Below are positions 45,881 through 54,407 of a stretch of 56,234 bases of DNA, piece after piece. Each line of letters opens with the position of its first letter. Position 1 is the first letter of the stretch. The stretch is from assembly GCA_964570585.1 (NCBI GenBank), contig CAZMYR010000008.1:1-56234 (forward strand), given 5' to 3'. This DNA is from an uncultured Planctomycetia bacterium (GTDB taxonomy: Bacteria > Omnitrophota > Gorgyraeia > JABMRG01 > JAFGKX01). The notes below the pieces were generated by a model. The model saw nothing but the letters and a program-made list of their open reading frames with translations, made no database searches and had not been told where the DNA came from. The translations under genes and the position numbers were made by a program.

Positions 45881-46369
45881 TTATTTCTCTCTACATTTAT
45901 CGCATAGCCCAAGAAATTGTATCCGATGGTCTGTTATCTTAAAATTATATCTTTTAGAAAGGGCATCTTCTGTCTTATCTATTAGATCCTTTTCTTCACT
46001 GATAAAATCTGTATAATCGATGACTCTTCCGCAATTGGTGCATATTAGATGATGGTGATGCCTGGCCCCTTTTGGCCCTACAGCTAATTCATACCTTGCC
46101 TTTCCATCCCCGATATCAAATTTAAAAACGATACCCATATCAACCAGGAGCTCAAGTGTCCTATATACTGTTGTTAAACCGATTCCAGGATATGCCTTAT
46201 GGGCCTTCATATAAACATCCTCTGCGCTCAGGTGTTCATTTGTCTCGCTTAAAACCCTCAATATTTCCTGGCGTGGTATAGTTACCCTATATCCATTACC
46301 TCTGAAGCGCCCATGCCACCAAGGAGGACCAAATCCACCTTTTCCAAATCCGCCCATTCCTCTTGGCAT
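45881..46369 (-). CDS. fur: Fur family transcriptional repressor with a Gly-rich N-terminal extension
   Basis: HLSAEDVY, GLTTVYRTL, HHHHLICTNCG, GLCDKC; AAGGAG RBS before MPRG. Confidence 0.9.
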   Translation of the reverse strand: MPRGMGGFGKGGFGPPWWHGRFRGNGYRVTIPRQEILRVLSETNEHLSAEDVYMKAHKAYPGIGLTTVYRTLELLVDMGIVFKFDIGDGKARYELAVGPKGARHHHHLICTNCGRVIDYTDFISEEKDLIDKTEDALSKRYNFKITDHRIQFLGLCDKCREK

Positions 46370-46385
46370 CCTAATCACTCCTTAT

Positions 46386-46440
46386 TGATAATGATTTCCA
46401 TTTCCATTATAAGTATACACAATAAAACAGATTTTGTCAA
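46386..46440 (-). promoter_or_regulatory. Sigma70 promoter with a downstream Fur box
   Basis: TTGACA-17bp-TATACT (46440-46412); TGATAAT-G-ATTTCCA at 46386-46400 between the promoter and RBS. Confidence 0.75.
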
Positions 46441-46498
46441 GAGGGAAAAATGGGATGCACAAAACCAGCATTGTTAACTAAATTCCATAATCGGTATT

Positions 46499-46963
46499 TT
46501 AACTATCCTTTTTAGGCTCTACCTTTATTTCAGGGAGGACTTTCACTTTAGACTTTACTGAATTAGAAATAAGGCAATTCTTCTCGGAAAGTTCTATAAG
46601 TTCTTTTACCATTTCGGCTTTGTCGCTTGAAGCAACCGTAACTTTGGGCTTGACCTTAATCGCGGAAAATATAAATTGATTCTCTGCTCTCTCTAAAACC
46701 CCTTCAGTTTCGCTTTCATAACTTAAAAATTCTACACTTTTTCTCTCCGCATAATATAAAAAGGTTGTCATAATGCAGGAATTAACTGAAGCAACAAAAA
46801 GTTCCTCTGGCGTCCAAATACCCGCATGACCTCGAAATTGAGGCGGAGTGGCTACTGCAATATCGGGTTTATCTAAAGATGAAAGAAAGCCTCTCTTAGC
46901 GCTATGCCATTTGATATAGGTTCTATAGACAAATTTTTTTGCCTTCCGTTTTATCTGACTCAC
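46499..46963 (-). CDS. OsmC/Ohr family protein
   Basis: PPQFRG, WTPEELFVASVNSC, CLISNSVK. Confidence 0.85.
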   Translation of the reverse strand: MSQIKRKAKKFVYRTYIKWHSAKRGFLSSLDKPDIAVATPPQFRGHAGIWTPEELFVASVNSCIMTTFLYYAERKSVEFLSYESETEGVLERAENQFIFSAIKVKPKVTVASSDKAEMVKELIELSEKNCLISNSVKSKVKVLPEIKVEPKKDS

Positions 46964-46978
46964 TTCTTCTCTCCTTAG

Positions 46979-47143
46979 CTATTTCATCAAAGCAAAAAAC
47001 AATCCCAAAATTGCCCCATATAAAGCACCGCTATAAGGATTACTGGTTAAAGGACAGGTTCCGCTTGAACATTTGCCAAAATAACCAATAAAACATCCAA
47101 TTGCGCCTCCTATAATTACTCCAATGACAATTCTCAATAACAT
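46979..47143 (-). CDS. 54-aa two-TM protein with CxxGTCP (DUF6132-like; not in ORF track)
   Basis: MLLRIVIGVIIGGAIGCFIGYFGKCSSGTCPLTSNPYSGALYGAILGLFFALMK. Confidence 0.8.
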   Translation of the reverse strand: MLLRIVIGVIIGGAIGCFIGYFGKCSSGTCPLTSNPYSGALYGAILGLFFALMK

Positions 47144-47153
47144 ACGGATTCCC

Positions 47154-47681
47154 CTATTTTAAAAGTTTTTCAATCTCGCGTTCAAAAACCTCAATAGAAG
47201 TAAAGCCTATGAATTTTTTAACTATATTCTTATTTTTGTCAATAATAAAAGTGGTAGGGATATATCTAATACCGCCATAGCTTTCGGTTATTTCATAATT
47301 ACCTATTGCGATAAGATAATTTACCCTTATATTCCGGCAAAATCTTTTTACCCCTTCTATATTACCTCTATCCAGACTTACGCCAATTATTACTAATCCC
47401 TTATCTCTGTATTTATTATACAGCTTAACAAAATCAGGGATTTCTTCCCGACAGGGCGGACAATACGTAGCCCAGAAATCAAGGATAATTACTTTACCTT
47501 TAAAATCAGAGAGCCTTAAGCTTTTTCCTTCAAGACTCGGCAATACAAAATCGGGTGCACTCTGATTTAAGCTCTCCTTTTCTAATTCAGCTGCCTGTGA
47601 ATTCAGCGGCTTTCCCCAATTAGCAATTAGAAAAATAAAACACCCTAACGCAATTAAGACTCCTATTAGTTTTCTTCGCAT
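47154..47681 (-). CDS. TlpA/ResA-family thiol-disulfide oxidoreductase
   Basis: N-terminal anchor, APDFVL, FWATYCPPC, IPTTFII. Confidence 0.9.
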   Translation of the reverse strand: MRRKLIGVLIALGCFIFLIANWGKPLNSQAAELEKESLNQSAPDFVLPSLEGKSLRLSDFKGKVIILDFWATYCPPCREEIPDFVKLYNKYRDKGLVIIGVSLDRGNIEGVKRFCRNIRVNYLIAIGNYEITESYGGIRYIPTTFIIDKNKNIVKKFIGFTSIEVFEREIEKLLK

Positions 47682-47694
47682 CTCTTACCTCCAC

Positions 47695-48381
47695 TCAAAA
47701 ACTCGAAACCATAATTCCTATCCCTATAACAATGAGTAAAATTCCGCTTACAACTGAGATGGGTTTAAGATACCTTTTTACCTTTGAAAATAGGCCTAAC
47801 ATATATCCTAGGCCCATACTCAAAAGAAAAAATGGTAGCCCCAGCCCCAAAGAATAGAAACTTAAGAGTAATACGCCTTTAACTAAGCTATCTTTGGTAG
47901 CAGCCAACATGAGTATACCGCCTAATATGGGCCCAACGCAAGGTGTCCAACCAAAGCCAAAAACCATGCCTACTAAAAAGGAGCCAAATTTAGTCACAGG
48001 TTTACTTCCAAGGTGGAGTTTTTTCTCATACTGTAAAAACCTTATATTAAATAAACCGCTAATATGCAATCCAAAAAAGATAACTATTAATCCACCGATT
48101 ATTTTTATTATCTTCTGCTTGGCAAATAAAAATGAACCTAAAAAAGTAGCTGATGCGCCTAAAATAACAAAAACTATGGAAAAGCCTAAGATAAATAACA
48201 AACTTTCAGGCAAAACGGCCTTCACCTTCTCAGAATACTTCTCTTTAGGTTTACTCAGTTCCTCAACCGAAGACCCGGTTATGAAACAGACATACGCAGG
48301 GATAAGAGGCAATATGCATGGTGAAAAAAATGATAAAAGACCTGCGCCAAAAGCAGTTAAAATCTGCAGAATATCGGTCAT
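47695..48381 (-). CDS. ccdA: CcdA/DsbD-type transmembrane electron transporter
   Basis: SFFSPCILPLIP and GWTPCVGPIL. Confidence 0.92.
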   Translation of the reverse strand: MTDILQILTAFGAGLLSFFSPCILPLIPAYVCFITGSSVEELSKPKEKYSEKVKAVLPESLLFILGFSIVFVILGASATFLGSFLFAKQKIIKIIGGLIVIFFGLHISGLFNIRFLQYEKKLHLGSKPVTKFGSFLVGMVFGFGWTPCVGPILGGILMLAATKDSLVKGVLLLSFYSLGLGLPFFLLSMGLGYMLGLFSKVKRYLKPISVVSGILLIVIGIGIMVSSF

Positions 48382-48397
48382 TTTTAATAAACCTCTT

Positions 48398-48610
48398 CTA
48401 GAAACAAGTAGGGCAGGTACCTGTTGGACAGCTCAATCCCGAAGAACTAGCTTTGCTACCAGAGCTTCCCACGCTGAATGCTCCAAGGAGTTTCTCGATA
48501 TTTTTGTTTCCACACTTCTTGCATATGAGCTCTACTTTTTCAGAAGTTACTCCTATCAGCAAATCAAATTTTTCACCGCAATCTTTACAAGCATAAGTAT
48601 AAATAGGCAT
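48398..48610 (-). CDS. FmdB-family zinc-ribbon protein, copy 2
   Basis: MPIYTYACKDCG...CKKCG...CPTGTCPTC. Confidence 0.85.
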   Translation of the reverse strand: MPIYTYACKDCGEKFDLLIGVTSEKVELICKKCGNKNIEKLLGAFSVGSSGSKASSSGLSCPTGTCPTCF

Positions 48611-48655
48611 AATTTTCCCTCGTTACTATTTCTTGAGATTTATATCTATCCCTGA

Positions 48656-48982
48656 TTAAATATGGGGTTCAATTCTGGAAACAAGTTCTGTCTTGGGAAC
48701 TACGCCTATAATCTTATCTACTACTTCGCCATTTTTAAAAATAGCCAACGTAGGTATACTCATAATGCCGTATTCTGAAGCCGTCCTGGGAGCTTCATCC
48801 ACATTTACCTTGCACACCTTCAGCCTCCCCTGGTATTCCTGGGCAATTTGCTCAACTGCCGGGGCAACCATATAACAGGGCGCACACCACACAGCCCAAA
48901 AATCCACTAAAGTTGGAATTGCTGAATCTAACACCTCCTCTTTAAAATTTGCGTCATTTACTTTAACTTCCATCTCTTCCAT
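48656..48982 (-). CDS. trxA: Thioredoxin
   Basis: [17 protein letters not shown]; GGAGG RBS before MEEMEV (start 48982). Confidence 0.92.
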   Translation of the reverse strand: MEEMEVKVNDANFKEEVLDSAIPTLVDFWAVWCAPCYMVAPAVEQIAQEYQGRLKVCKVNVDEAPRTASEYGIMSIPTLAIFKNGEVVDKIIGVVPKTELVSRIEPHI

Positions 48983-49155
48983 CTCTTCCTCCTTTCCTTT
49001 TGTATCCTTTGTTTCTCTATCAAGCGTCGATATCTCCTCTTCAACTTTTTCTCTATTTTTTCGCCTTGCACTCCTTATAATATATAAGAGCAAACGTACT
49101 TTATTCCTTACATGTCCTATCATAACTGCCTTATTTTAAAGCCGCTGCTAATAAT

Positions 49156-49818
49156 CTAATTTATTTCAAGCTTTATTGATTTAAGCAACTTAATATATGA
49201 GCTAAAGAAAAAATACTCTTCAAAGTTGCCGAATCGCCTTCTACTCAATATCCCTTTCCAATCTTTTTTAATGAAATCAAAGGCATAGGCACATTCAATA
49301 ATTTTAAAAGGAACCCTCAAATAAAAAGGCATTTTAGAATAAGAGAATTCGTTATAATCTAAAATAAAAAAACTCCCGCTATCCTTTAATACTTTGTAAA
49401 TATTTTCTATAATTGATTCTCTGACACTCTGTGGAAACCCATGGAGCAGGAAAGAAATAAAAACCTTATCAAATTTTTTCTCAAAAGGTAGGGGTTGGTC
49501 AATCCTTCCATAGATAATTTTAGCATTTGGAAAATTGGCACACTTTTTCTTAAACTGGGAAACCATCTCTTGGGATATGTCAGTTCCAATTAATTCTCCT
49601 TCTTTTGAGAGATATTTCATCATTAAACAGGCATTTCTGCCGGTACCTGCTCCTAAATCAAGTATCCTATCGACAGGCCTAATTTTCATCAATTTAATAA
49701 CCTCTTCTATGAACGATGAATATTTTCCAAATGATATAATATTCATTAATTCATCATAATATCTTGCAGTAAATCCTTTAGTTTCAACTTTTGATTCAGG
49801 ATAATAATTACCCATCAA
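49156..49818 (-). CDS. Class I SAM-dependent methyltransferase (UbiE-like)
   Basis: ILDLGAGTG, GTDIS, SFLLHG, ILDY. Confidence 0.88.
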   Translation of the reverse strand: MMGNYYPESKVETKGFTARYYDELMNIISFGKYSSFIEEVIKLMKIRPVDRILDLGAGTGRNACLMMKYLSKEGELIGTDISQEMVSQFKKKCANFPNAKIIYGRIDQPLPFEKKFDKVFISFLLHGFPQSVRESIIENIYKVLKDSGSFFILDYNEFSYSKMPFYLRVPFKIIECAYAFDFIKKDWKGILSRRRFGNFEEYFFFSSYIKLLKSIKLEIN

Positions 49819-49894
49819 ATTTATATATCACCTTTTGAACTTTCCCGCCCCGTAGTTAAAATTTCTTCTTCCGAAGTATTTTCCAACCATTGTT

Positions 49895-50046
49895 TATCTC
49901 TTCCTCGCTTTTTAACAGATAGTCCTTCTCACCCGCATAAATCGGCACCTTTAGCCAGTTCTCCGGGAGGTACAAATGGGACAGGCATAATCCTTACTAT
50001 ACGCACACCATGGATTATATGCCTTATTAAAATCAAGAATCCATTT
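49895..50046 (-). pseudogene. DUF1684-like C-terminal fragment with two +1 frameshifts
   Basis: WILDFNKAYNPWCAYSKDYAC[fs]PFVP[fs]PENWLKVPIYAGEKDY reconstructed by removing one C from each of two C-runs. Confidence 0.75.
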
Positions 50047-50054
50047 ATTAGTCT

Positions 50055-50339
50055 TTATTCCGGAATTTTATCCACTACTTCATGCTTTGCCAGAAGGTCA
50101 TCCTCGGTAAGCAAAATATAATCTTCTCCTTCTATCTTTACCTCTGTTCCCGCAAATTCTTTATAGATTATGTGATCACCAACCGCAACCTCATCAGTTG
50201 CGTCTTTTGCTACCGCAATGACTTTACCTTCCTGAAGTTTTTCTCTGGCAGTATCAGGAAGATATATACCACCGGATGTCTTCTCTTTAGCCTCAAAACG
50301 CTTCATTAAAATACGCCCATTAATTGGTCGTAGTTTCAT
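50055..50339 (-). CDS. groES: Co-chaperonin GroES (no groEL nearby)
   Basis: LRPINGRIL, TSGGIYLPDTA.EK, GKVIAV, EFAGTEVKIEGEDY. Confidence 0.9.
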   Translation of the reverse strand: MKLRPINGRILMKRFEAKEKTSGGIYLPDTAREKLQEGKVIAVAKDATDEVAVGDHIIYKEFAGTEVKIEGEDYILLTEDDLLAKHEVVDKIPE

Positions 50340-50354
50340 ACTATCACCTCCGTT

Positions 50355-50978
50355 CTAGTTTGAAAGAAGCCTATCAATCTTTGCCTGGTCAAAACCTACC
50401 ACTAAACGCCCATCAATATCAATCTGAGGTACTGCCATTTGGCCGCTACGTCGGACTAACCTTTCGGCTGCATGCTGGTCATGGGATATGTCTATATCCC
50501 TAAAACTAACACCCCGACGCCGCAAGTAGGCCTTGGCAGTTCCACACGCAGGACAGCCTGGCCCGCTATACACAATCACCCGGTGAGAAATCCCTCCTTC
50601 CGCTTTCTTGTGCCGTAAAGGATGTGCCCCAAGAAGAATACGAGCATAGAATTGCGCGCTTTCAACTCCTTCGATTCGCCGGGATACCTCTCCCTTCTTC
50701 AATGCTAAGACTGCGGGAACATTTTCAACTCCGAACTGTTTATGTACTCCCTTCACTTTTTCTACATCAATAACATAAATAGGTATCTCTTCATTTTCTT
50801 TGCTAAAACTTTCAAGTTCAGCCAGAGCCCGTTTTGCAGCAGAAGAAAAATTTGCATAAAATACCAAAATCAAAAACTCCTTATGTTTCTCTTGCGCTTG
50901 CTCAAGATGCTTATGCTCCTTTATCCATTCAATCACTGTGTTTACTTCCCTATAAAATTTTGAATCTGAATTCCCCAA
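50355..50978 (-). CDS. Cys-less thioredoxin-fold domain fused to a glutaredoxin (YruB/NrdH-like)
   Basis: FYANFSSAA in place of WCxxC, VENVP cis-Pro loop; C-terminal CPAC, GQMAVPQI, GFD. Confidence 0.85.
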   Translation of the reverse strand: MGNSDSKFYREVNTVIEWIKEHKHLEQAQEKHKEFLILVFYANFSSAAKRALAELESFSKENEEIPIYVIDVEKVKGVHKQFGVENVPAVLALKKGEVSRRIEGVESAQFYARILLGAHPLRHKKAEGGISHRVIVYSGPGCPACGTAKAYLRRRGVSFRDIDISHDQHAAERLVRRSGQMAVPQIDIDGRLVVGFDQAKIDRLLSN

Positions 50979-51886
50979 TGCTGCCCCAACATAGGATGAA
51001 CGAACCCTCCTCCACCCAAAGCAAGAATTTTGAATTTATACTTTTTTTGTAAGTCCATAAGAAGTCTTGAGGCGTAATCATAGGCCCCTTTAGTTAATTG
51101 CATATTGGAGATAGTGCATTCTTTGGAACCATCTACCCCTATCTGTAGAATTAGAATTTCTGGAACAAAATCTTTGATTAGCTCAGAAACCTGATTAAAT
51201 TTTGAAATAAATTCGGTATCATCACAAAGGGAAGAGAGCGGAAAATTTCTATTGAATCCTTTTCCTTCATCCTCCCCAATTTCATTTTCGTATCCACTCC
51301 TAAATGGATAAAATGTAGCTGGGTCTTGGTGAAAGGAAATAGTATAAACCTTAGAATCATTATAAAAAGCCCGCTGGGTGCCATCACCATGATGGGCATC
51401 ATAATCAACTACCATAATTTTGTTTATATTTTTTCTTTTAAGTAAGTAATTAGCCGCAACGGCTATATCGTTAAATATACAAAAGCCCCTGCCTCTATTC
51501 TCAAAGGCGTGGTGCCAACCTCCACAAATGTTTATACCCACCATAAACGAATTATTATCCATAATAGAATCCACTGCTGCAACTGAAGCACTCACACTCA
51601 ATAAAACAATATCATAAATGCCTTTAACTCCAGGGACCTCCTCGCCAAAAGAGCCCTGACCAGTTCTGCTAACCTCCTGAACCTTTTCTATATAATCAGA
51701 GGTATGAAAAAGGTTGATAATCTCTTTAGATATCAGTTTGGGCTCTTTTATGGTAAGATTACCCAATAGATTCATTTTCTTAAACTCTTCCAATGCTTTC
51801 CCATACCGGTCTCCTTTCATAGGATGGCCGTAACCAAAATCCAATTTTTTAAAATCATCACTATAAACCAATATCACATTATTCAT
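50942..51886 (-). CDS. Histone deacetylase family (AcuC-like) protein
   Basis: HPM, GGWHHA, GFCIFND, DAHHGDG, SFHQ, QIGVD, GGGGF. Confidence 0.88.
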   Translation of the reverse strand: MNNVILVYSDDFKKLDFGYGHPMKGDRYGKALEEFKKMNLLGNLTIKEPKLISKEIINLFHTSDYIEKVQEVSRTGQGSFGEEVPGVKGIYDIVLLSVSASVAAVDSIMDNNSFMVGINICGGWHHAFENRGRGFCIFNDIAVAANYLLKRKNINKIMVVDYDAHHGDGTQRAFYNDSKVYTISFHQDPATFYPFRSGYENEIGEDEGKGFNRNFPLSSLCDDTEFISKFNQVSELIKDFVPEILILQIGVDGSKECTISNMQLTKGAYDYASRLLMDLQKKYKFKILALGGGGFVHPMLGQHWGIQIQNFIGK

Positions 51887-52031
51887 ACACCGGTCTAATT
51901 CTAATTAACTCAACAGCTTTTTAAATAAATAGAGAATAACCGCCAAATGTTAAGATATTAAGGATTGTGTCATAATAGGCTGCTACAAATCTTTCAGTTT
52001 CAACTTTTGATTCAGGATAATAATTACCAAT
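51887..52031 (-). pseudogene. 5' fragment of a paralogue of the 49156-49818 methyltransferase
   Basis: GNYYPESKVETERFVAAYYDTILNILTFGGYSLFI*KAVELIRIRPV; ATG changed to ATT, internal stop; 33 bp identical to 49780-49812. Confidence 0.8.
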
Positions 52032-52051
52032 AAAATTTAATATTTGTCCCT

Positions 52052-52315
52052 TTACGAATTTTTTATCTCTTTTTCATATTCAGGAAAATATCCTCTAATA
52101 ATTTTTAAATTGAAACTGGAAAGAATTGATTCTTTCGGCTCTCTCTCCAACAAAAACTGAAAAGATTTCTTTACCAACTCTTCTTTAGCTATCTCACCAT
52201 TGGTCAATTTTTGATAATATTCATCATCTAATTCCACATTATGTTCGGTTTTAAAACCTTTCTCATCTACGATTACTAAAAAAACATTCGCATTTTTCTT
52301 TTTGACTTCAATCAT
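52052..52315 (-). CDS. Conserved hypothetical protein
   Basis: GGAG RBS; FQFLLEREPKESILSSF..I..YFPEYE motif. Confidence 0.75.
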   Translation of the reverse strand: MIEVKKKNANVFLVIVDEKGFKTEHNVELDDEYYQKLTNGEIAKEELVKKSFQFLLEREPKESILSSFNLKIIRGYFPEYEKEIKNS

Positions 52316-52365
52316 TTAAAGTCTCTCCTTTTATACTTTAATCGCTTTTTTATCGAATAATAAAA

Positions 52366-52929
52366 CTATCTTAAAATCAACCCGTATTTTTCTTGCTTAT
52401 CTTTCTCCTCTATTACCTCATTGATATTCTCTTTTATCATCTCAATCGCCTGCTTAATTGTTTCTTCTCTAATAACTGCGCAAACAAACTTATCTTTCAG
52501 TCTAACGATATTAGGACCGAACATTTTCCCTGCTACAACATCGATATTCTCTAAAACAGACGCTGTTGCCTTAGCCTTGCCGGGATCACCGTGAATCCTT
52601 GATTCATCTTCTTTGTATTTTACATTTTCTCTATTTTCTTCAAAAGCAAATTCTCCGTTTGCATATTTCCATACCTGAAAATATTTAGACATCCCTACAT
52701 GGTCACCCGATTTTATCCTTTTACCGTCATCTGTCCCTATAGCAATTAATAATTCCTGTTTAATCTCCTTGGCCGCCTTTTGCGGACAACTCTCTATACA
52801 CAATTTGCAATTTATACATTTGTCCTGGTCAATTATGGCTATGCCGTCTTTAACAAAAATGGCATCAGCCGGACAGCCCTTTACACAAATTCCGCATCCA
52901 ACACACCTATTTTTACTTATGTTTATCAT
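52366..52929 (-). CDS. 2[4Fe-4S] ferredoxin fused to a NifB/NifX-like domain
   Basis: CVGCGICVKGCP, CINCKLCIESCP; HVGMSKYF, FGPNI. Confidence 0.85.
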   Translation of the reverse strand: MINISKNRCVGCGICVKGCPADAIFVKDGIAIIDQDKCINCKLCIESCPQKAAKEIKQELLIAIGTDDGKRIKSGDHVGMSKYFQVWKYANGEFAFEENRENVKYKEDESRIHGDPGKAKATASVLENIDVVAGKMFGPNIVRLKDKFVCAVIREETIKQAIEMIKENINEVIEEKDKQEKYGLILR

Positions 52930-52987
52930 CTTGTTTTTTAATCTCCTTACGAAATTTCAAATAAGGGCATTTATTTAAAATCTGCTT

Positions 52988-53344
52988 TTACCACCCTCTT
53001 CTGTTTCTTCTACCTCCTATCCTTCTGCCCATGCCCATACCTCTGCCTCTACCTTGGTCCGTAAGTTGTCTTCCACCTATACCTCCGTCTATTCTCATAC
53101 TGCTTCCTTGGCTAAATTTCGCATTAAACCCTGTCCTTATATCCTCTCTGCTAGGCTTCCCTATCCTATTCTCACCCTCAATAATAATACTATCTTTAGG
53201 ACAAACCCTTGCAGCGTCCTCTAAACAATCTGCGGTGTCATTTTTTATTTTTGCCTTCCCACCTACCATCTCTATCCCTTGTGGACATATATTAGCGCAA
53301 ACTCCACAACCAATACAACTACTTTCATCTATTCTTGCCTTCAT
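52988..53344 (-). CDS. Ferredoxin with a Gly/Arg-rich tail
   Basis: CIGCGVCANICP...CP; GRGRGMGMGRRIGGRRNRRGW. Confidence 0.82.
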   Translation of the reverse strand: MKARIDESSCIGCGVCANICPQGIEMVGGKAKIKNDTADCLEDAARVCPKDSIIIEGENRIGKPSREDIRTGFNAKFSQGSSMRIDGGIGGRQLTDQGRGRGMGMGRRIGGRRNRRGW

Positions 53345-53377
53345 TTTAAAGTCGTCTCCTTTATTTTTTTCTCTTGC

Positions 53378-53791
53378 CTATTTCGATGCTTCAATTAATT
53401 TTATAATTCTTTGGCAACCCTCAGAAAGGCCACTGTGAAATTCCGCATCCTCAGGCAACGCTTGTTTAACAAACTCTTTAGTAAAAGGTAAATAATTTAT
53501 AGCGGTTTTGCCTTCTTTAACAAAAGCTATTATCTGTTTAGGCTGTAACAATACAGCTGCTCTTTCTACATTTCTTTCTATAGACTTATATGACCTTCTA
53601 AAGCTGCATACTACAATCTGGTATAGCTGAAAATTATCATCTACATCAACGCCACGGTTTTTGTACTCTTTCTTCATATCAAAGATTTGCCGAATGCCAA
53701 AATTAAATTGTCCCGCATTTTTCTTTAAGCTCTCTATAAATTCCTGAATAGACTTTTTGGTTGTTGCACTGAAAAGATTCTTTTTCTCCAT
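53378..53791 (-). CDS. DUF302-like domain protein
   Basis: Alpha/beta pattern with a single Cys (IVVCS) and LQPKQIIAF; weak recognition. Confidence 0.55.
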   Translation of the reverse strand: MEKKNLFSATTKKSIQEFIESLKKNAGQFNFGIRQIFDMKKEYKNRGVDVDDNFQLYQIVVCSFRRSYKSIERNVERAAVLLQPKQIIAFVKEGKTAINYLPFTKEFVKQALPEDAEFHSGLSEGCQRIIKLIEASK

Positions 53792-53805
53792 TTTTTCCCC
53801 CTGAA

Positions 53806-54396
53806 TTATCCTCTCCCTTTATATTTTTTAATTAATTCATTTTTATAATTTTCCCAGGTGCTATTTTCTTTTTTATAACGGATGCGCAAAGTAACGTCTC
53901 TGAATACATCCACATCTATATAGAACTGCTTCAAGTCTTTAGGTTTTTCAAAAGTTACAATATAATGTTTTGTAGCGTTGGGTGCTACTTTAAAAGTAAT
54001 AGGAGTCTCATCATTTGCTTTAAGTTTCTCTTCCAGTTCATCTTCAATATACATTGCAATTTCCTCGTTTGCTGAATAACGTCTATTACCAGGAGAAGCA
54101 AAAGTATATGATGGCATTAACTGCACACTGTATTCATTATCATTTCTATAATGGAACATAAACACTAAGTACTTCTCTGCGTGGAAAAACAAAGGCTTAT
54201 ATTCGTAATCGGGGCAAAAAGCCCAATCTGCTTTTATCCCCTTATGAGTTATCCCTTTATTATTTTCTCTTGTATCTGTCATAAAATGCGCTTTTGCATG
54301 AATCGCTTCACTCCCCTTTACTAAAAATAAAGATATACCTATAATAAAAGGCGCCAAGACAATTACTAAAGCTATAATTATAGAACGAACTTTCAT
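53806..54396 (-). CDS. Hypothetical membrane-anchored protein
   Basis: N-terminal TM helix then a beta-rich soluble domain. Confidence 0.65.
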   Translation of the reverse strand: MKVRSIIIALVIVLAPFIIGISLFLVKGSEAIHAKAHFMTDTRENNKGITHKGIKADWAFCPDYEYKPLFFHAEKYLVFMFHYRNDNEYSVQLMPSYTFASPGNRRYSANEEIAMYIEDELEEKLKANDETPITFKVAPNATKHYIVTFEKPKDLKQFYIDVDVFRDVTLRIRYKKENSTWENYKNELIKKYKGRG

Positions 54397-54407
54397 TTTT
54401 CCCCCTT

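Noticed and set aside
48983-49123. 47-aa N-terminal extension of thioredoxin
   Set aside because: A strong GGAGG RBS sits before M48; the extension has no motif. A relic fused ORF cannot be excluded.
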